From positions 66,588,001 through 66,652,000 of the forward strand of contig NC_092346.1 of NCBI RefSeq assembly GCF_963676685.1: 64,000 bases of DNA, in the 5' to 3' direction. A model generated the notes under the pieces. It saw only the letters and a program-made list of their open reading frames with translations. It made no database searches and was not told where the DNA came from. Positions 57,110 through 64,000 of this stretch are shown here, piece by piece. Within the stretch, counting starts at the first letter, position 1, and each line of letters opens with the position of its first letter. This DNA comes from Mytilus edulis. Its lineage: Eukaryota. The position numbers and the translations under genes are program-made.

Positions 57110-57252
57110 CGACCGACCTTCGATAGGAAAACTGACTTTCCTAGTAAATTAAGATTGGAGTCGAATGCACCCACACGAGCGGGGTTCGAACTCACAACCT
57201 CAGTGTTGACTGGTTAGTGATTACAACAGTAACTACTTAGACCACTGAGCCC
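57110..57252 (-). mobile_element. tRNA-derived SINE head
   Basis: Pol III A box (ggctcagtggt, 57241-51) and B box (gttcgaacc, 57183-91); no complete cloverleaf. Confidence 0.65.
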
Positions 57253-57489
57253 CCCCCCCCCCCTAGTAGAACAAGAAAACGTCAACTTCACGGTAAGTGA
57301 AATATAAAAGTCAGTTGAACGTACTTATTTACGTTATTACAACCACAGCCACAGGCGCTTGGGTGTATGATACATTTTTTTTTATTAAAATATTAAATTT
57401 TCTATATTTATAATACGTATCTTATTCTATCACTTCTATGCATAAAAAGTAAAATCACAAAATACTGAACTCAGAAGAAAATCCAATTA

Positions 57490-58055
57490 AATAATTTTGA
57501 CGTTTGTGGTTCAACGTATTTTCTAAATCATAATAGAAATATATCATAATAAAATATAATAGAACAATATCATATTGACGGGATATTTTAAAGTACAGAT
57601 TCACGTTATACTGTTATAAGAACCAAAGAAACACAAAAAGTCGCGTATACAAAACACACCTGCAAAAAATGAAAGATAATACAAACACATAGAAGGGATG
57701 TTTTAAATTAGTACCGAACGGTCAACCACGTTAAACGGATATCACACAAACCAATCCAACAGTACTGGTAAAAGTAATATTAATAATAGAACAAAGACAA
57801 ATGAAAGAACAATATAACACGTTGTTAAGATGACAAACAACATCAGTACGCACAATCTATACACCAAGACCATCATGTTACGATTGTATCATTTGGAATA
57901 TTTACCAACAAGGTCTTGGTACCTTCCGATGATTTTTTTTTTTAGAAAAAGGACGAGACGTTCTTTGACACACCCCTGGTTCATCAACTTTCTACTCAGA
58001 CACTGATGACGTTTTGCAAAGTCTTTTAAAAGTAGGAGCTGCAAGCTCTTGGATA
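57490..58055 (-). mobile_element. Second Penelope-like family, decayed RT C-terminus and 3' region
   Basis: 58055-57893 translates RYPRACSSY/DFAKRHQCLSRKLMNQGCVKERLVLFLKKKIIGRYQDLVGKYS (stop plus frameshift), homologous to the 63686-63958 ORF. The left boundary is approximate. Confidence 0.7.
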
Positions 58056-58064
58056 TCTCACCTA

Positions 58065-58186
58065 GTTTCGAGTGATTTAAACGACTTAGAGAAAATACCC
58101 AATTTTACCATCCATACTAAAATTTATTTCTGAGTATGGATGGTAAAATTCGGTATTTTCTCTAAGTCGTTTAAATCACTCGAAAC
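58065..58186. repeat. Near-perfect inverted repeat, 54-bp arms, 14-nt loop
   Basis: 58065-58118 versus 58133-58186, one mismatch. Confidence 0.95.
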
Positions 58187-58784
58187 AAACAAAAAATCTG
58201 TATCATATACCCAAGCGCCTGTGATTACAACATGACTTGTATAACTTACTCATCTGTATGTTTTGCTTTAAACTGATAAGGTAACGATAAGTTGACTTCC
58301 AGCTCACGAATAACGAAGCAGGCAATAACCGTATCTTAAGAAACCTTGGTTGGATGCGAAATGAAAAAAAGTAAGTAAAAAAGCATAGTTTGTGTATTGT
58401 TGAGTACTGTTCTCTTGTATAATTGACCATTATATATATTTTTTGTTAATTATGTGAAGCACTAGGATTGCTGTCACCTTGACGTATATACATATTTTTC
58501 TTCCAGAAACTACACCTATATAATCAGCAGCATAAATACCTAATTTGAATTAAAATGATATGCGGACAGATCGAACAGATGTAAGAATTGGAACCACCAC
58601 ATATGTACATTTCTACCTCGCGATCTAAATGAACTAAAACAACAGTAGTTAACCGATGTCCAAATCTTGTAAATAGCCGAGAAAGAGACAAATCAAGGTC
58701 AACAACAGAGCTCTGGTCAACAACAGAATCTAAGGACATCGCATGACCTCTTAAAGGAGCGAAACTAGGTGCGTCGACATGATA

Positions 58785-59237
58785 GAATGAAATTCAAAAC
58801 AGTGTGGCTGTGGCCATTGATTGACACATTAAATTCATTCATTGACTGGGACAATTTAGGTGAACGTTTGCATGTAACGTCCACTGCTCACTGTGTACTT
58901 TTTAAAGACACTTAAACTATGGGGTCACCAAAGGTTCTCAACACCTTAATAAAGTAATTCGAAAAATTAATCAGAAATAACACGATGTTTTGATTTATAT
59001 CAATTATATAAATCAAAACATAAAGGTTATTCCTGATTAATTTTTCGAATTATTTTATAATTAAAGGCGTTAAGAAACCTTTGGTGACCCCACAGTTTAA
59101 ATGTCTATCGTAGGTACGTCGTGAACAGTGGTCGTTACAGACAAACGTTCACGTAAATTGTCCCAGTCAATGGATGAATTTAATGTGTCAATGACCGTCA
59201 ATCAATGGCCACAGCCACACTGTTTTGAATTTCATTC
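58785..59237. mobile_element. Fully palindromic MITE (copy 2)
   Basis: Same element as 24052-24494; TA flanks. Confidence 0.9.
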
Positions 59238-59322
59238 TAAGCGGTAATCTCCAGTTATGCATGCAAAACTCGACATGCGAATTCACAATCAGTCAAAATA
59301 CCACAATCTGTAATAGTCTTTG

Positions 59323-59650
59323 CGGGGAGGGTTGAGATCTCATAAACATGCTTAACCCCGCCGCATTTTTGCGCCTGTCCCAAGTCAGGAGCCTCTGGCC
59401 TTTATTAGTCTTGTATTATTTTTAATTTTAGTTTCTTGTGTACAATGTGGAGTTTAGTATGACGTTCATTATCACTGAACTAGTATATATATTTGTTTAG
59501 GGGCCAGCTAAAGGACGCCTGAGGGCGGCCTCTGGGTGCGGAATTTCTCGCTGCATTGAAGACCTGTTGGTAATCTTCTGCTGTTGTCTGTTCTATGGTC
59601 GGGTTGTTGTCTCTTTGACGCATTCTCCATTTCCGTCCTCAATTTTATTG
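59323..59650 (+). mobile_element. SINE-like repeat (Nin-domain-like core)
   Basis: ttaaccccgccgcatttttgcgcctgtcccaagtcaggagcct core and ...gggttgttgtctctttgac...ccatttcc tail. Confidence 0.7.
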
Positions 59651-59653
59651 TTT

Positions 59654-59976
59654 TATATTACCGACTTTTAACTACGGTTCTATATTTTTCGACAGGTTAC
59701 CTACTCTGTGGTAAGAAATCCTGGTACTCGGTCAACGAACAACCAAAAGAAGTAAAATAACATATATAAACAGTGCAATTTCGGGGGAAAGATTACTGCT
59801 TTCTGATGATTTAGTCATGTATAATTAAACAGCAAACTTTCCCTTAGATAGTATCGATTAAAATCTTGAATTTACTTATTTACGTTTATCTTGCTTGACC
59901 GAGTACCAAGATGTCCAACCAAAGAGAAGGTAACCTGTCGGAAAAGTATATATTCCGTAGTCAAAAATTGTCTATA
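59654..59976. mobile_element. Degenerate foldback/MITE
   Basis: Arms actacgg...cgacaggttacct...tggtactcggtcaa / ttgaccgagtacca...aggtaacctgtcg...ccgtagt. Confidence 0.7.
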
Positions 59977-60246
59977 TGATGCAATCGATTAAAAATGCTT
60001 ACTGACAGTTCTAATGATATCGACGATCTTAATACACATTTAAAACATGTCGGCAGTGAGTTGAGTCACTCGTTGAGGAGGGGAGGGGTCCTTCTCCCCG
60101 CTCAATCCGCCTCTGGTTTTGTTTAGGATCACATTCCTGTTTAAGAAGTCCACACGTTGTGTAAAAAGAAAAATAACCTTATTCAATGCATTTTGCTTAG
60201 GCAATCTCATTAAAAAAATGTAGTATTGTCTATGATGTATGTATAA

Positions 60247-60676
60247 GTGGGACGAAATATACCAGATGGACAGTCACACTCATAGATCGAAAATATACTG
60301 ACAATGCCATGGCTAAAAAAGAAAAAAGACAAACAGACAAATAAAAGTACACACGACACAATATAGAAAACTAATTTAAAAGACTAAGCAACATGAACCC
60401 CACCAAAAACTGGGGACGATCACAGGTGCTCCGGAAGGGTAAGCAGATCCTGCTCCGCATGTGGTGCCCGTCGTTTTGCTCATGTTACTAACCCTGTAAA
60501 TAGTTTAAATCGGTAGGTACATTTGTAAAAAGGGAACGGGATTGTATAAGTTACGACATAAGGAACATATCCGATATCATCTGTGAAACAGATATTCCAT
60601 AACGGTCAAACAACTCGTGGTGGTGTCCGTAAAATTTACAAAGGGATGATTTCAACTTCACCATTTGGAACTCTTG
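60247..60676 (-). mobile_element. 5'-truncated Penelope-like element 3' end
   Basis: Colinear with 63386-63811. Confidence 0.82.
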
Positions 60677-61578
60677 TATATCGTACAACAGCATGGTATC
60701 ATTAGAAGAGTGGTGACGTTTCTCTGTTTTATGAAGAAAAAGAAAAAGAAATCATGATGAAATATTTTAGCAACAAAAAACAATCAATTTATTTGCAAAA
60801 TAGTTTAATCGCCATGGCAGATGCTTCAAAACATTTAATACATATCCGACCCAACTACCCTGATCGTTACTAGACAATTCTTAATAGTACTGAATTGGTA
60901 TACAGAACGGAAGACATAGACTTTCAAACAGATCTCTTTTATCATGTTTATCGCCTGGTTCACTTTCCTGGTTTTCATGGATTTAGGAAAATTTAGTATT
61001 CTGTAAAATAAAAGAAATATTATATACCAAAACTACTTGGGTCTTTCTTATCTTTTGATGAAATCATGCATATTCAACTTAACATTTCATTGTAGTAATA
61101 AACAGTTGCACATGGTCTTTCAGCTTTACGACATTATCAAACGAAAATGCCATTTTATACATATGTTTAAGAACTAAATTAATGGTGTTCACTTATTCAC
61201 CGTTAACCAATAAATATTTAAGGGAACAACTTTGATTAGACTAAGCCCACCACTTTAGAATTTATCGTTTTTATCTTTAAATGTGCGGATTTCTATTTGA
61301 ATGAATGGGCTGTAGAATTATTTCTAAATGTAGATACAGTAATGTAATTGTCACAATTTGACATACGATATATGCAGTTTGAAACTACTACCAATTAGTT
61401 GTTTAAAGAGTAGCAATCCAAAATCTTTTACATTGCTAATCCCATATATTGATACGAGAAACTTATATAATCATAAATCACAACTAATAAAATCATTAAC
61501 CATGTCAAATAAATAGACACATAAAATGTGAAATTACCCCGTACATACCCCATCTAAATATTTTACCACCATTTTCAG

Positions 61579-61625
61579 GTCAAATATCAGTTTTACTGAG
61601 AAGTCCTACAATATCAACTAAAATG
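61579..61625 (+). other. Candidate ATG-terminated exon of a plus-strand gene
   Basis: attttcag|GTC...AAAATG|gtaagt: consensus acceptor and donor, the same design as the gene A ATG exon. Confidence 0.45.
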
Positions 61626-62997
61626 GTAAGTAACTTTTATTTCTATTACACGCAAAACGATGACATTCTAAACATACACACATAAACATATATGTTATTA
61701 TATATACACTATATTTTTCATGTATTATTATATTTAAGACTTATTAAGGAAAATAAAACAAGACACGCCTTTTTCATTTATACATGTCTATAAAACTATG
61801 TGTAGTAAACTATAGAAAGATGTCCAATTGTGTAAAATATAGCGTACTTACTATTTCTAGGCCAAGCAAATGATCTATAAATTTGTATCCGTCCGGTTTT
61901 AATATGTTAAATGACCATGTTTACAAATCCAGTCTTAAAAAATAGACGGAAGAAGTACTTTATAGGTTTTGTTTTCCAATGTTTAATTACAAGAAAACCT
62001 GAATGAAAAAACGAAGATTGAAAACAATACCCATATCGCGTTAATACGTTCGACTCGAAAGATTTGAATGATGTTACATGCAAGGTCGTCAAACAATGAA
62101 AATGTACTATCACAAACATACTCAATTTCTGTTTTATCAAATTCAAGATATTCTTATACTATCCTATCTCGAAAAAATCTAAAATTCCAATATTAAAGGC
62201 AGTAAAAAGGGCAGTGTCAAAATGTTATTCGTGGATAGTAGGGTTTGAAGCGTATATGATTAGTTTAATTTATTATGTGTGTAAAATAAGAAAAACACAG
62301 TTAGCATCTAGCAGAATCTTCCATCTTCACATTAAGATATATTTGTCAAACAAAATAGTTATCTACTAAACGTTTTTGTTGTTATTGTCTATCGTATGCC
62401 TTTGAAAACAATCAACTTATTTATTTTGTTTACATTTATCCTGTCCTCAGTATGAAACCAATAAACGTACATTTTACTCGAAAACAAACAGGAAAAAAAG
62501 CTCAACGAGTCCAGATTTTCTTCCTGTTACTATACGGATGTGTTCATTTTCTTACAATGTATATGCATTGTATGGTCATTATTTCAATGAGCCAAAATGA
62601 ACTTGGTTTTTTAATCGATTGTATGTCTATATACGAATGCATTTGAAGACTAATAACACATATTTATGAAAAAGGCAATGCGTCTAGTTTTCGTATTGTT
62701 ATCTTCCATTCTTTAGTACCACTATACCGTTTACGTATATGTAATTGATGTGAAATCGCTGAGTATATTCAAATAATGGGGTATGTTCTTTTTACAAATG
62801 GACAAATTGTCTGAAATAAAAAAAAACTTCTTTAAAAGCTTATATGACCGGTATTTAGTTTTGTCTTCACTGTATATGTTTTCCATGTATATTTGTCTGC
62901 GTATCACCATTTAAATATATTGTTGTAACTTTAGTTTTGAACTCAGGGAAATGGATGTATATGACTTTTGATTCCTAATTATACTTTTGAATTACTA

Positions 62998-63385
62998 AGA
63001 TATAAGAAGATGTGGTATGAGCGACATGAAATAACTCTCCAACCAAGTCATAATTCGTAAAAGAAACCTTCATAGGTCAATGTAAGGGCTTCAAAACGGA
63101 GCCTTAGCTCAAATCGAACAGCAAGCTATAAAGGATCCCCAAAATGACTATTGCAAAACCATTCAAACAGGAAAACCAACGGTCTAATTTATATAAAAAA
63201 AACTAGCAACGAGAAACACTTATGAACCACATCATCAAACGACAACTTCTGAACATCTGATTCCAAACTTAGGACGGTTACAAAAAAATGTAGCGGGTTT
63301 AAAGTTTTAATAGGTACCAACCTTCACCCTTATCTGAAACAATAGTGTAACATCACATCATAGAAAGACACACTATAAAATATCA
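62998..63385 (-). mobile_element. SINE-like repeat abutting the Penelope-like insertion
   Basis: Diverged copy of the 4183-4509 / 9640-10077 family. Confidence 0.75.
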
Positions 63386-64000
63386 AGAGAGGGACGAAAG
63401 ATACCAAAGGGACAGTCAAACTCATAAATCTAAAACAAACTGACAACGCCATGGCTAAAAATGAAAAAGACAAACAGAAAAACAATAGTACACATGACAC
63501 GACATAGAAAACTAAAGAATAAACAACACGAACCCCACCATAAACTAGGGGTTATCTCAGGTGCTCCGGAAGGGTAAGCAGATCCTGCTCCACATGTGGC
63601 ACCCGTCGTGTTGTTTATGTGATTACAAATCCGGTAAATAGTCTAATTCGGTAGGTCACATTCATGAAAGGGAAGGGGATTGTAGTTACGACGTAAGGAA
63701 CATATCCGATATCATTTGTGAAACGGTTATTCCATAACGGTCAACAAACTCGTGATGGCGTCCGTAAAATTTACGAAGGGATGATTTCAACTTCACCATT
63801 TGGAACTCTTGGTTTAATAGCTTCCTTGTGAGCAGTAACCCTCTATCAAGAAAATCATGATAGGAAATGCAAGCACGGGAATATCGTATCAATTGGGAGA
63901 TATATACCCCGTATGCAGGTGCTGCTGGAATGTTGCTACTTAGAAATGGAAAGTTCACAATTGGAAAGCTGAAATCATCTCTTTTGTCGTAAAGTTTAGT
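63386..64000 (-). mobile_element. Penelope-like retroelement 3' end (RT C-terminus and 3' UTR), continuing beyond the window
   Basis: Open frame from the window edge: KLYDKRDDFSFPIVNFPFLSSNIPAAPAYGVYISQLIRYSRAC..., stop at 63686; no C-terminal GIY-YIG domain follows. Confidence 0.8.

Noticed and set aside
57165-57252. tRNA gene
   Set aside because: A and B boxes are present but there is no acceptor stem or cloverleaf; SINE-type sequence follows.
60790-61002. Minus-strand terminal exon of another calmodulin-like gene (strong acceptor at 61001-61002, AATAAA at 60788)
   Set aside because: The phase-1 reading gives only E-Y-stop, and no upstream EF-hand exon is visible.
62790-62812. tttcag|ACAATTTGTCCATTTGTAA, resembling the calmodulin last exon
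   Set aside because: The similarity is ~10 nt and needs a 2-nt shift; insufficient support.
63386-63685. SECIS element in the Penelope-like 3' UTR
   Set aside because: An ATGA...AA...GA pattern exists but the intervening helix does not pair by eye; SECISearch would be decisive.

Overview
AT-rich eukaryotic genomic DNA, most likely from a bivalve mollusc (Mytilus-like repeat content; this is inference). The window holds a tandem cluster of intron-containing calmodulin-family genes on the minus strand. Five are complete, and I assembled them exon by exon with GT-AG sites and an identical phase pattern (ATG-only exon / 31 / 144 / 243 / 29 nt, with two small length variants). Three are near-canonical calmodulins (A 6887-11915, C 30425-35747, D 40357-47021) and two are strongly diverged calmodulin-like proteins (B 17332-23224, E 52289-56194). 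The 5' end of a probable sixth member runs off the left edge (ATG 2584-2586), and a candidate ATG exon of a plus-strand gene sits at 61579-61625. Main unexpected findings: (1) the 60-bp minisatellite at 421-899 is eight tandem copies of exon 2 of the sixth gene, each with its own AG acceptor and GT donor, separated by 23-nt spacers that end in an in-frame stop, and all exonic variants are synonymous; (2) an intact minimal hammerhead ribozyme lies in sense orientation in an intron of gene B; (3) there is an apparent gene-conversion tract limited to the EF-hand-1 part of the 144-nt exon in A, C and D; (4) gene C encodes a two-cysteine calmodulin; (5) a 25-bp element is shared upstream of C and D. 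Introns and intergenic DNA are rich in MITEs, SINE-like repeats and Penelope-like retroelement fragments.
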